Shown here: one piece after another, positions 27,869 to 37,208 of the stretch
Numbering within the stretch: position 1 is the stretch's first letter
Layout of the letters: each line of letters opens with the position of its first letter
NCBI GenBank assembly: GCA_041600755.1
Contig: JBFIJL010000001.1
Span: forward strand, 56,798 to 120,797
Reading direction: 5' to 3'
Length of the DNA: 64,000 nucleotides
From: Candidatus Saccharimonadales bacterium
Lineage (GTDB): Bacteria > Patescibacteriota > Saccharimonadia > Saccharimonadales > JAXHNE01
The notes under the pieces: generated by a model
Seen by the model: only the letters and a program-made list of their open reading frames with translations
Databases searched by the model: none
Told to the model about the DNA's origin: nothing
Program-made: the position numbers and the translations under genes

Positions 27869-28193
27869 GCATTCCATGACACACCCATTGCATAGTTTTT
27901 CCCCAAAACAACGAATCAGCAAAAAAAGAGCAACAAAAGTCATCGACACAATGGCATACATAGTAGGAGTCGGTGGAAACATCGCTGTTATTCCACAAAT
28001 CATTAAAGCCTGGGAGAGTAATGCACCCGGTCTTGCAGTGAGTACATGGTTATTATTCTCGATGATTGGACTAATCTGGCTAGCCTACGCGATACTACAC
28101 AATCAAAAACCACTTATTGTTGCGCAATCAGTTAGTATTGCAGCGAACATGCTAGTGGTATGTGGGTGGGCGTACAACAACTTAGCGCTTTAG
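27831..28193 (+). CDS. PQ-loop / SemiSWEET-like small membrane transporter (probable true start at internal Met ~27954)
   Basis: Three TM helices with the PQ motif in TM1 (NIAVIPQIIKAW); the core MAYIVGVGG...NNLAL is ~79 aa, typical SemiSWEET size. Confidence 0.5.
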   Translation: MGLIKSEKWIGFKHSMTHPLHSFSPKQRISKKRATKVIDTMAYIVGVGGNIAVIPQIIKAWESNAPGLAVSTWLLFSMIGLIWLAYAILHNQKPLIVAQSVSIAANMLVVCGWAYNNLAL

Positions 28194-28336
28194 GGAGCTG
28201 CTCAGTGCCAGGTATATATCCAAAGAAAACATTGCAATAACCTGTACATGAACTAGGTCCTGTGTGCTTGTCGCCTATTTAAGTTCACGAGCTTCATTCA
28301 AGACGGATATTAATAATTTTTTGGTAGACTCTAATT

Positions 28337-28870
28337 ATGGATAAGCCGCCTTCTTACTGTGAATACGTAGCCGACTTCGACGACCTGAACCTGCATAAAA
28401 AATATCATGATACGCAATATGGGTTTGAAATTAACACCGATAACGAGCTTTTTGGTAGGTTGATATTGGAAATTAACCAAGCAGGCCTGTCATGGGAGAC
28501 AATTCTAAAAAAGCAAAATAACTTTCGTAGTGCGTTTGCGAACTTCGATATTCAAACCATAGCCAATTTTTCTGCCAACGATATAAGCAAGCTACTGCAA
28601 AACTCTGGAATTATTAGAAATAAACTAAAGATTAACGCCGTCATTCATAATGCTCGGAAAGTTATTGAGCTACAGTCGGAACATGGGTCGTTCAAGGCTT
28701 GGCTCACTGAAAACTATGGCTTAAGTCTAGATGAATGGGTGAAGCTGTTTCGGGCACAATTTAAGTTTACGGGCGGAGAAATTACCAAAGAATTCCTGGT
28801 CAGCACTGGCTTTCTTCCAGGCGCACATATACCATCGTGCCCCATAGCCAATCGACTGAAAAATATCTAG
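28337..28870 (+). CDS. tag: DNA-3-methyladenine glycosylase I
   Basis: YHDTQYGFEINTDNELFGRLILEINQAGLSWETILKKQNNFRSAF matches the Tag family (HDxEWG / ELFExLxLExxQAGLSW). Confidence 0.8.
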   Translation: MDKPPSYCEYVADFDDLNLHKKYHDTQYGFEINTDNELFGRLILEINQAGLSWETILKKQNNFRSAFANFDIQTIANFSANDISKLLQNSGIIRNKLKINAVIHNARKVIELQSEHGSFKAWLTENYGLSLDEWVKLFRAQFKFTGGEITKEFLVSTGFLPGAHIPSCPIANRLKNI

Positions 28871-29324
28871 TCTAACTTCTGCTATGCTGAACGATACTGT
28901 TAATTGCGATCATATCTATTATATATGGCCAGGCGATCCTTATTTTTTGTGGCAGAGGGACTATACACGTCTAGCGATTTAGAACCTTTTGGACAAAACC
29001 CAATAGCCATACTTTTCAATTCACAGCAAAGAATTTTTACAAAACGGAACATTGCACCCCTTCTCTAGACCTGGAGGCGATTAAATGCGTTGAATCTGGC
29101 AAAAAAAGTGGGGGATATATTAGTTAGAATAATCAGAACCCAAGATAGTTTTGGGCAATGTTTGTGTTTTTTGTGCCAAGGAACTTTCTTGGAGATAATT
29201 CTACGACGAGCTACTTAATTAAATTAAAAACAGAAAAAGTAGAACATTTGCAGCGCCCTCCTCTATAGCGGCGGCTTTACTTGAAGAGTATAATTAAAGA
29301 TGCAACTAAACGAGGGAGGATTAT

Positions 29325-29657
29325 ATGTCTAAGTTTATCCTACTTTACAAAGGTCCAGCCACACCTACAGAGCAAATGAGCGCTGAACAAACAAAAAAAA
29401 TTATGGGGGCATGGCAAGCCTGGATGCAAAAGCTTGGTTCTGCAATGATCGACGTGGGTCAGCCGATGACCAACGGCAAGTCTATGGTCGACGACGGCTC
29501 GAAAGGTCATGCACTCGATCTAACAGGCTACAGCATCATCGAGGCCACAGATATCAACGAGGCAAGTAAGCTAGTGGAAGGTCATCCATTCTTGAGTGAT
29601 AAATCCGGTAAGTTTAGTGTGGAATTGTTTGAACTTGCTCCAGTACCTGACATGTAA
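29325..29657 (+). CDS. YciI-like (DGPF domain) protein
   Basis: 110 aa; KFILLYKG...HPFL pattern and size fit the YCII-related dimeric alpha/beta-barrel family; RBS GGGAGG upstream. Confidence 0.45.
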   Translation: MSKFILLYKGPATPTEQMSAEQTKKIMGAWQAWMQKLGSAMIDVGQPMTNGKSMVDDGSKGHALDLTGYSIIEATDINEASKLVEGHPFLSDKSGKFSVELFELAPVPDM

Positions 29658-29902
29658 CTTCTTCTTTAGATATTTTTTACGTCACTAAGATAGTAGTGAT
29701 CCGTTACCAGCCCTGTTCTCTGCATTCCGTAGTACATATGGCATGGGCAAGATAGCTGTCAGTGCATCTAGGGCAACATACAGTTAGGATCACACTACTC
29801 AAAATGGCATTGATGACGTCTTTACCTCAACTATAATTTCACATTCTGGCCTCCTGGCCATTTGCTCTTAAGCCTCTTGGCTATCTGCTATACTGATTCG
29901 TA

Positions 29903-30880
29903 ATGCTAATAAGTATCTTCTCTGTTGCTGTTGGTCTCGCGATCTTAATTCTGGGGGCAGAAGGGCTGGTTCGTGGAGCGGCATCACTGGCGGCCCGCTT
30001 TCATGTTTCGCCTCTTGTTATTGGCCTGACTATAGTATCCTTCGGAACATCTGCTCCGGAACTTACCGTCAACCTCATATCTGCCATAAATGGATCGTCT
30101 GAGCTGGCGATCGGCAACGTAATTGGTAGCAGCATTGCCAATATTCTACTCGTACTCGGCATTAGCTCGCTGATTGTGCCGCTCACCGTTAAGGCGTCTA
30201 CAATTTATAAAGAAATTCCATTTGCACTGCTCGGTGTCAGTTTGGTGTTTGTAATGGCGAATGACCATCTCTTTGATGGCACTGTCGGTAACGTATTGAG
30301 CCGCACAGATGGTATTGCGCTTATCTCTATGATGGGTATTTTTATATACTACATTTACGGACTTGCAAAAGACGAAAAGAGGCAACAAGAGCAAATAACT
30401 GAAGCTGGCGACGAGGCCAATCGCTACGACACCTTTGCATCTGTACTTCTAGCAGTCGGAGGGCTCGCAGGGCTCGTCCTGGGGGGTCGACTACTTGTCA
30501 ATGGAGCAGTTTCAATTGCCGGCTCGTTTGGAGTATCTGAATCGCTGATTGGGCTAACCGTAGTAGCCCTTGGGACCTCGCTACCAGAACTTGCCACCTC
30601 GATCATTGCTGCACTCAAAAAACACTCTGACATCGCAATTGGTAACGCTGTCGGATCTAACATCTTCAACGTATTTTTTGTACTTGGCACAACCAGTACA
30701 ATCTTGCCACTACCTTTCACGACTGCCATAAATGTTGACGTACTCTTCGCCGTTGCCGCTATGATCATGCTGTTTATTTTTATGTTTATCGGCAGCAAGC
30801 ATAAGCTTACAAAGTTTGAAGGTTCAATTCTTTTAAGTACTTATATCATCTATATGATTTCACTAGCAATAAGAAGCTAG
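29903..30880 (+). CDS. Na+/Ca2+ exchanger (CaCA family) membrane protein
   Basis: Two alpha-repeats GTSAPELTVN...GNVIGSSIANIL and GTSLPELATSI...GNAVGSNIFNVF; ~10 TM helices. Confidence 0.85.
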   Translation: MLISIFSVAVGLAILILGAEGLVRGAASLAARFHVSPLVIGLTIVSFGTSAPELTVNLISAINGSSELAIGNVIGSSIANILLVLGISSLIVPLTVKASTIYKEIPFALLGVSLVFVMANDHLFDGTVGNVLSRTDGIALISMMGIFIYYIYGLAKDEKRQQEQITEAGDEANRYDTFASVLLAVGGLAGLVLGGRLLVNGAVSIAGSFGVSESLIGLTVVALGTSLPELATSIIAALKKHSDIAIGNAVGSNIFNVFFVLGTTSTILPLPFTTAINVDVLFAVAAMIMLFIFMFIGSKHKLTKFEGSILLSTYIIYMISLAIRS

Positions 30881-30950
30881 ACTCATAAAGTCCGAAGCAC
30901 AAATAAAAACACCCCACCTAAGTGGGGTGTTTTTATGACTTGTTACTAAA

Positions 30951-31237
30951 TTAGTAACGAGGCCGGTCGTCACGACGTGGACGCTCTTCACGAGGTCGCG
31001 CTTCGTTAACGATAATGCTTCGTCCACCCATGTCTGAGTTGTTAAGCTGATCGATTGCTTTCTTAGCATCGTCGTCGCCTTCCATCTCGACAAAACCAAA
31101 TCCTTTAGATCGGTTTGTGTCACGGTCTACGATGACTTTAGCTGACTTTACTGCACCGATAGCTGCAAAAGCCTCTTCGAGTTGTGCATCGTCAACTGAG
31201 TACGGAAGACCGCCTACAAATAGATTAGTTGCCATTA
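30951..31237 (-). CDS. RRM-type RNA-binding protein
   Basis: MATNLFVGGLPYS (RNP2) ...KGFGFVEM (RNP1) with Arg/Asp-rich tail; RBS AAAAGGAGAATC upstream of the internal Met, so the longer ORF N-terminus is probably not translated. Confidence 0.8.
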
Positions 31238-31461
31238 TTGATTCTCCTTTTGTTCTACTAAGGAATCTTGCAACCCATTTTACTGAGAATTCAGATAGCT
31301 GCCCCTTGACGTGAACGTTGATTGTTAAACCTAGAACACTTCTTCTTACGAATTCGTAGCAGCTATTTTCTAGTACCAGCATTATAACAGTAGTCAGCAA
31401 TATCACCAACAAATAAATTTAACTTTATGTAAAGTGATTCTGCTTGGTATACTAGGATGCA

Positions 31462-31902
31462 ATGAGGGCAGCACGAGCAATTATTATCAAAGACGGCAAG
31501 CTTCTTGTCATGTTTCGCAACAAGCACGGAAACAAATACTACACATTGGTCGGTGGCAAGGTTGATGACGACGAGACCATTGAACAGGCGTTAATCCGTG
31601 AGACCCACGAAGAAACTGGCATGAAGATAATTGCCGCTACGCATGTCTTCACCGAGCTACATAAGCCACCATACAACGAACAATATATCTACTACTGTAA
31701 TTTCACTGAAGATTCCGACATGAAGATTCAAACCTATGCCGAGGAAGCAATCATGAACAAGATCGGCATCAATACCCATAAACCGATGTGGGTTGACCTG
31801 AGAAATATACGATCGATCCCTTTCCGCACCCCACAATTACTTGATGCAGTTCTGGGCGGAATAAAAGACGGCTTTCCCGAAACCCCACAACAAATTAACT
31901 AA
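31462..31902 (+). CDS. NUDIX hydrolase
   Basis: Nudix box GGKVDDDETIEQALIRETHEETG. Confidence 0.8.
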   Translation: MRAARAIIIKDGKLLVMFRNKHGNKYYTLVGGKVDDDETIEQALIRETHEETGMKIIAATHVFTELHKPPYNEQYIYYCNFTEDSDMKIQTYAEEAIMNKIGINTHKPMWVDLRNIRSIPFRTPQLLDAVLGGIKDGFPETPQQIN

Positions 31903-31913
31903 AAGGAGTTGTT

Positions 31914-32414
31914 ATGCAGCGAACTACATACTTGGCCGGTGGTTGCTTCTGGGGGCTAGAGGAGCTATTCAGAGCGGAGCCAGGCGTCATTCAAACCGAG
32001 GTTGGCTACTGTGGAGGAAGTAATGAAAATCCAACTTACGAAAATCATCCAGGTCACGCAGAAACCTTGGCAGTCACCTATGACGATGCAGCGACAAGCC
32101 TAGAGTTGCTTTTGGATTTCTTTTTTCGCATACATGATCCAACAACACTCAATCAACAGGGCAATGACCGCGGCACCTCATACCGCTCTACGATTTTCTA
32201 TCAAAGCGATGAAGAACTATCAATCGCCAAGATGATGATTGCGCGAGTTGATGCATCGGATCGCTGGCCGCACCCCGTAGTTACATCACTTGAACCGTTC
32301 ACCAAATTCTGGACCGCCGAAGATTATCACCAGGATTATTTGCAAAAAAATCCTGGTGGCTATACCTGTCATTCGCTCAGGTTTGAAGATGTTTTTCCTG
32401 ACACTGCCCAATAG
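31914..32414 (+). CDS. msrA: Peptide methionine sulfoxide reductase MsrA
   Basis: GGCFWGLEELF active-site motif; ...HDPTTLNQQGNDRGTSYRS...; RBS AAAAGGAG upstream. Confidence 0.85.
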   Translation: MQRTTYLAGGCFWGLEELFRAEPGVIQTEVGYCGGSNENPTYENHPGHAETLAVTYDDAATSLELLLDFFFRIHDPTTLNQQGNDRGTSYRSTIFYQSDEELSIAKMMIARVDASDRWPHPVVTSLEPFTKFWTAEDYHQDYLQKNPGGYTCHSLRFEDVFPDTAQ

Positions 32415-32422
32415 ACAGATAT

Positions 32423-32938
32423 CTAAAGTTTTCTACTGTCATACGCCCAATGAAGCAATGCCTGACGTTGACGCGGGCGGCATGATTCATCACCTACGTT
32501 ACAGTTTTTCTTTAGCTGCGACACGTGACGTCGCATTGCCTTCCAGCGCTTGATTTGCCTCTCGTCTTCTTTGGTTATTCTTCGCCCCAGATAGTATCGG
32601 CAATACCACAAAAACCAACCTTTTGGGTCTTCAAAGTATATCCATCCCCTTTTTTGCCACTCTTCTAAAGATTTACTAGCGTTAATTTTGAAATAATTCA
32701 ACTGCTTATCTGAAGTTCCAATTTTTGAAAACCTCACTCCGTCAAACCATTCATCTGGAAACTCATGGGGTGGTTCTGTGAAATAGTCACCCCCAAATAC
32801 TCCAAGACTCAGCATTTCGCTTGGAGTTAAATCTGGAGTAAAGTTGTGTGAAAAATGCTTACCAGCCGATTCGGTCAATGTATACGAATACCCTGATTGA
32901 TACAGCTCGTTGACTTCGACAACTGAGCCTTTCTGCAT
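32423..32938 (-). CDS. Hypothetical protein (171 aa, Trp/Tyr-rich)
   Basis: No recognised family; 1-nt stop/start overlap with the upstream 2H phosphoesterase gene. Confidence 0.4.
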   Translation of the reverse strand: MQKGSVVEVNELYQSGYSYTLTESAGKHFSHNFTPDLTPSEMLSLGVFGGDYFTEPPHEFPDEWFDGVRFSKIGTSDKQLNYFKINASKSLEEWQKRGWIYFEDPKGWFLWYCRYYLGRRITKEDERQIKRWKAMRRHVSQLKKNCNVGDESCRPRQRQALLHWAYDSRKL

Positions 32939-33465
32939 CAGACAAGCTCGATTAATTCAACAACTTGTCGCATGCGGTGATTGTCGTCAGGAAACATATC
33001 AATAAGTCCAACTGACTTTAGCGTAAACTGTTCACCCTCTTGGACGCGCCCGCTACGCTGAGCAGTCACATGGGGAGTATTATTTTCACCTGTGTAATGA
33101 GACTCAACAAACTTTATGCCTAGAGGCAAGAAACTGTTGATGACTGCTTGGTGCTGGAACAGTAAGTCCTCGTTGGCTTCAACAAGATTCGCTCGTGTTG
33201 CTCCCCATACTACCTCGTGGGACGCAACACGTTTGCGCCGTATGTTGAATTTGATGTCTCGAAATACTTCAATAACTTCTGGGGCTTCAGCATCAACGCC
33301 AAATGCCGGCGCAATCGTACAGTGCAGCGGCCATTCGCTTGCAAGAAACAACGATCCTTTTGCTGTACGGTCAATAAATCCAACGATACACCATTTTTGT
33401 GAATAGGCAGTCATGCTCTTAATAATAACAAAACTCAACCATTGGTTGAGTTCAATTTGGTGCAC
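32938..33465 (-). CDS. 2H phosphoesterase superfamily protein (LigT-like 2'-5' RNA ligase / cyclic phosphodiesterase)
   Basis: Two H-x-T-x motifs (PLHCTIAPAF and TPHVTAQRS) spaced as in LigT/2H enzymes. Confidence 0.6.
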   Translation of the reverse strand: MHQIELNQWLSFVIIKSMTAYSQKWCIVGFIDRTAKGSLFLASEWPLHCTIAPAFGVDAEAPEVIEVFRDIKFNIRRKRVASHEVVWGATRANLVEANEDLLFQHQAVINSFLPLGIKFVESHYTGENNTPHVTAQRSGRVQEGEQFTLKSVGLIDMFPDDNHRMRQVVELIELV

Positions 33466-33484
33466 CCGGTAGGATTACATAGTA
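33466..33484 (-). repeat. Partial direct copy (19 nt) of the tRNA-Arg(TCG) 3' end, located 115 bp downstream of the gene
   Basis: tggtgcacccggtaggatt is identical to 33599-33617; the copy boundary falls in the T-loop. Confidence 0.75.
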
Positions 33485-33598
33485 TATTCTGCCCGTATTG
33501 CCTGTAAATTCAGGCGGGAGAATATCGAACCTTGACGGTTCGACTTGCCTAGGCAAGTAAACCAAGTAAAATACCCATCCAAAGATGGGCACTTTACT
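33485..33598 (-). repeat. tRNA-Arg downstream segment between the 3'-end copies (contains the tRNA terminator and the shared motif gtatattctgc)
   Basis: Terminator cccatc-caaag-atggg + T-run abuts the tRNA; segment also has gtattgcctg, which appears inverted in the tRNA-Glu segment. Confidence 0.45.
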
Positions 33599-33675
33599 TG
33601 GTGCACCCGGTAGGATTCGAACCTACGACACCTGGTTCCGAAGACCAGTGCTCTAATCCGCTGAGCTACGGGTGC
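33599..33675 (-). tRNA. tRNA-Arg (anticodon TCG)
   Basis: Revcomp GCACCCGTAGCTCAGCGGATTAGAGCACTGGTCTTCGGAACCAGGTGTCGTAGGTTCGAATCCTACCGGGTGCACCA; anticodon loop CTTCGGA. Confidence 0.85.
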
Positions 33676-33709
33676 ATATTGCGACTAACGGAGGTAAATT
33701 ATAGCAGGT

Positions 33710-34303
33710 TTATTCTGTTTTGTCTTTTTTTTGGTCTGTGGGAGGTAGCTGCTTTTGATCGTTCAACTCTAAAGTTTTAGTCAGGACATCCAACACGCTT
33801 CTGGCATGTTCTTTGCTCATGCCGACTCGAGATACAATAATTGGCTGATTGCCAGGTCCGGAGCCCTGCATGAAATTCATGATGACGCCATAGTTGTTCA
33901 CGCTTACGTGCACCATATCTGTGTAAGAAATCTTGAGCTCATCTGGAGACACGATCGCCGTGCCCTTCACAAAAGAATCATTTGTTGACTCGCCGCCAGA
34001 CAGTGAGGTCTTATCAAACTCTGCCAATTCCCAGACTCTAACTGCTTCGTCTTCTTTGATGCTGAAATGACTAATTAGAAGTAGAAGTATGTCTTCGCTA
34101 GGACGTTTTACTCCGAGCTCAATATCGCTTAACTGAGATGGGTCAACTTCAACAGCACCCGAAACTTCAGCGAGAGATTCCTGTAGATTCACACGAAGTT
34201 GTTTCAGGTAACGACCGAGTCGTTTATAAGGATATTGCTCTTGTTGCTTTCCCATTGCACCATAATGGTACGAAAGTGTGAGCCAGGTTGCAAGCAGAAC
34301 CAT
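33710..34303 (-). CDS. Membrane-anchored HTH (XRE-like) domain protein
   Basis: N-terminal hydrophobic segment, then YLKQLRVNLQESLAEVSGAVEVDPSQLSDIELGVKRPSEDILLLLISHF (helix-turn-helix-like). Confidence 0.4.
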   Translation of the reverse strand: MVLLATWLTLSYHYGAMGKQQEQYPYKRLGRYLKQLRVNLQESLAEVSGAVEVDPSQLSDIELGVKRPSEDILLLLISHFSIKEDEAVRVWELAEFDKTSLSGGESTNDSFVKGTAIVSPDELKISYTDMVHVSVNNYGVIMNFMQGSGPGNQPIIVSRVGMSKEHARSVLDVLTKTLELNDQKQLPPTDQKKDKTE

Positions 34304-34347
34304 AAAACAAACTAGAAAAATACTCCAACTCGTGCCAGACTAGTGCC

Positions 34348-35376
34348 ATGTTGGTGCTTAATAACGTCCCTTTGCAAGCCTATTCAACCATGCGACTTGG
34401 TGGTGAGGCGGCATATCTTGTAGAAGTAACGAACAAGTTCGAAATCAGTGAAGCTGTTACATGGGCAGAAAACAGAAATCTACCCGTTACTACCGTAGGT
34501 GAAGGAAGTAACGTTATCTGGAGCGATGACGGCTTTCCAGGCCTTGTAATAGTTAACAAAATACCAGGATTTGAAGTTCAAGAGCGAGATGATGAAAACG
34601 TCTACATAACTGTTGGTGCAGGCGAGAATTGGGATGAAGTCGTTAAACGAAGCGTCGAGCTGGGCTTATCGGGCATCGAAACACTCTCTCTTATACCGGG
34701 GACTGCTGGCGCAACACCAATACAGAATGTTGGCGCCTACGGCACAGAAATAGCCGACGTTTTGGTGACCATTGAAGCCTACGACGTAACCGCTAAATCT
34801 CTTGTTACGCTGCGTGCCAGCGATTGCGATCTTGGCTACAGAACTAGTATGTTCAAAACAACCAAGAAAGATGCGTACATCATCTCTGCCATAACGATTA
34901 GACTTTCAAGAATAAACATGGAGCCTCCATTTTACGCATCACTTCAAACCTACATTGAAGCTCACGACATCTCTAACTTATCTCCATCGGCAATTCGCGA
35001 AGCAGTTATTTCAATCAGGACAAGCAAGCTTCCAGATCCAAAATCTATCGCAAACAATGGGTCTTTTTTTCAAAATCCAATAATCACAGCTGAGGTGCAG
35101 CGCAATATTCTTGCAAGGTTTCCTGACATTCCATACTGGCAGGCCGGCGACGATGGAAGCTACAAGCTTTCTGCAGCTTGGCTTGTAGAACAAGTTGGTT
35201 TTAAAGATTTTCACGATACAGTAACCGGCATGGGTACATGGAGCAAGCAACCACTCGTGCTCGTAAATGAGCATGCGAAATCAACGGCAGATTTATTAAA
35301 GTTCCGAGATAAAATTACAGATGCTGTTCACCAAAAATTCGGCATTAAACTAATCCAAGAGCCAGAATTGAAGTAG
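34348..35376 (+). CDS. murB: UDP-N-acetylenolpyruvoylglucosamine reductase
   Basis: FAD-binding N-terminal domain YSTMRLGGEAAYLVEV...VTTVGEGSNVIW; C-terminal MurB substrate domain; 342 aa. Confidence 0.8.
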   Translation: MLVLNNVPLQAYSTMRLGGEAAYLVEVTNKFEISEAVTWAENRNLPVTTVGEGSNVIWSDDGFPGLVIVNKIPGFEVQERDDENVYITVGAGENWDEVVKRSVELGLSGIETLSLIPGTAGATPIQNVGAYGTEIADVLVTIEAYDVTAKSLVTLRASDCDLGYRTSMFKTTKKDAYIISAITIRLSRINMEPPFYASLQTYIEAHDISNLSPSAIREAVISIRTSKLPDPKSIANNGSFFQNPIITAEVQRNILARFPDIPYWQAGDDGSYKLSAAWLVEQVGFKDFHDTVTGMGTWSKQPLVLVNEHAKSTADLLKFRDKITDAVHQKFGIKLIQEPELK

Positions 35377-35379
35377 TCC

Positions 35380-35817
35380 ATGGACGAAAGCAAACAGTTT
35401 GAAGCATTGAACGAGCTCAATAGTATTGAAGACTTGAGCCAAATCAGACACCTAGTGGCTCGAACTGCCGTGCAGCGAACAGTTCTCGAACTTTGGCACC
35501 CCTGCAGTTCGAAGGCCGAGACTATATGGCAAAGCGAAATGGTAAAAAATGCCTATCGACGTCTCGTTCAAATAGATTTTTATAATCCATCTATCGACGA
35601 AATCGATCCAGCCAACGAAGCCCAGAAGAGAAATGATCAATACCTTCAAATTCTTGATTTTCGTGGCTGTCCACTAGAGCCGGCAGCGCTCGCACCGCTC
35701 CAGCCAGATTCATTTTTGAGCTTGCCACGTGACTTATTTATCGAAAGCCAACAAATGAGATTATCTCTTACTGCAATCTATGGTCATGAATCACCACTCA
35801 GTGATGACCTTGCGTAG
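35380..35817 (+). CDS. Hypothetical protein (145 aa)
   Basis: No recognised motif; follows murB after a 3-nt gap. Confidence 0.4.
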   Translation: MDESKQFEALNELNSIEDLSQIRHLVARTAVQRTVLELWHPCSSKAETIWQSEMVKNAYRRLVQIDFYNPSIDEIDPANEAQKRNDQYLQILDFRGCPLEPAALAPLQPDSFLSLPRDLFIESQQMRLSLTAIYGHESPLSDDLA

Positions 35818-35823
35818 TCTGCT

Positions 35824-37083
35824 CTAGCTTGGCAATGGAAACCCTTTTGCAAAATCTATCACTTCATTGCGAATAGATTGCAATTTGTCTTGATTCTCGT
35901 AATTTTTTATAGCCTGGTTGATCCATTCAGCAACCAGTACCATTTCCGCTTCTTTCATTCCACGCGTCGTGAGTGCTGGCGTGCCTAGGCGTAGACCACT
36001 CGGATCGAATGGCTTACGCGTATCAAAAGGCACCGTGTTCTTATTTGCAGTAATGCCGACAGCGCCAAGTGCATTCTCTGCCTGCTTGCCAGTAATGCTT
36101 TTATTTTGCAAGTTTATCAGCAGTAGATGATTGTCTGTGCCACCGGTTATCAGCTGGAAATCCTTTTTATTGAGCTCATCTGCCAACACCTGTGCGTTTT
36201 TCACCACCTGTGCTCCATATTGCCTAAACTCATCAGTTGCCGCTTCCTTGAGCGCCACTGCGATCGCTGCGGTCTGATGATTGTGTGGACCGCCCTGAAG
36301 CCCAGGAATTATCGCCCGATCAATCAACGATGGGATGTTCTCTTTGGTTCGCTCCACCTTCTTTAGTGGCGTCGATGGGTTCCCATTACTCATAATCAGT
36401 GCTCCACGTGGGCCTCGAAGAGTTTTATGAGTAGTCGTAGTAATCACATCTGCAATGCCCGCTGGCGAAGGATGTACGCCCGCTACAACTAATCCTGCAA
36501 TGTGCGAAATATCTGCCAAAAACCATGCGCCAACAGAATCAGCAATTTCACGCAGTCGTTGCCAATCAAAAATTCTTGGATAGGCCGTAGCCCCGGCAAT
36601 CAATAAACGTGGCTTATGTTCAAGAGCCAGCGCAGCTATGGCATCATAGTCAAGATACCCATCCTTGCCTGTCTGATAACCAACTGAATTGTAAAGTGTG
36701 CCTGAAAAATTCACTTTCAATCCATGAGTTAAATGTCCGCCAAAATACATATCTAGCCCCATGACTGTGTCACCCGGATCTAACAACGCATAATAGGCTG
36801 CGAGATTCGCAGGAGAACCTGAATAAGCCTGAACGTTCACATGATCGACTCCAAAAAGCTTCTTGGCGCGATCACGTGCAATGTTCTCTACCTGATCCAC
36901 ATACTCACATCCACCGTAGTATCGTGATCCTGGATAACCTTCTGAGTATTTATCTGTAAGTCGAGAGCCAAGTGCCTTCAACACCGCTCCAGACGTATGA
37001 TTTTCACTAGGAATCATTTCAAGACCCTCGGCTTGTCGTGCAGTTTCTTTCGCAATAAGTGTTTCAATCTCTGTATCGTGCAT
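35824..37083 (-). CDS. glyA: Serine hydroxymethyltransferase
   Basis: LEMIPSENHTSGAVLKALGSRLTDKYSEGYPGSRYYGGCEYVD and the PLP-lysine region TTTTHKTLRGPRG. Confidence 0.9.
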   Translation of the reverse strand: MHDTEIETLIAKETARQAEGLEMIPSENHTSGAVLKALGSRLTDKYSEGYPGSRYYGGCEYVDQVENIARDRAKKLFGVDHVNVQAYSGSPANLAAYYALLDPGDTVMGLDMYFGGHLTHGLKVNFSGTLYNSVGYQTGKDGYLDYDAIAALALEHKPRLLIAGATAYPRIFDWQRLREIADSVGAWFLADISHIAGLVVAGVHPSPAGIADVITTTTHKTLRGPRGALIMSNGNPSTPLKKVERTKENIPSLIDRAIIPGLQGGPHNHQTAAIAVALKEAATDEFRQYGAQVVKNAQVLADELNKKDFQLITGGTDNHLLLINLQNKSITGKQAENALGAVGITANKNTVPFDTRKPFDPSGLRLGTPALTTRGMKEAEMVLVAEWINQAIKNYENQDKLQSIRNEVIDFAKGFPLPS

Positions 37084-37208
37084 AAAATCTCCTGTGTTTA
37101 ATAGCCTGAAAATTAAGTGGAAAACTATATCATGAGTCTATTTTAGCACTACCCACAGCACAAGAATCATTATTGATTCTAATATCACATTTGATATAAT
37201 TACAGACT

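Noticed and set aside
29657-29903. Inverted repeat agtagtgatcc / ggatcacactact upstream of the Na+/Ca2+ exchanger gene, possible riboswitch
   Set aside because: Single imperfect stem with ~100-nt loop; no recognisable riboswitch consensus; could be an operator or chance.
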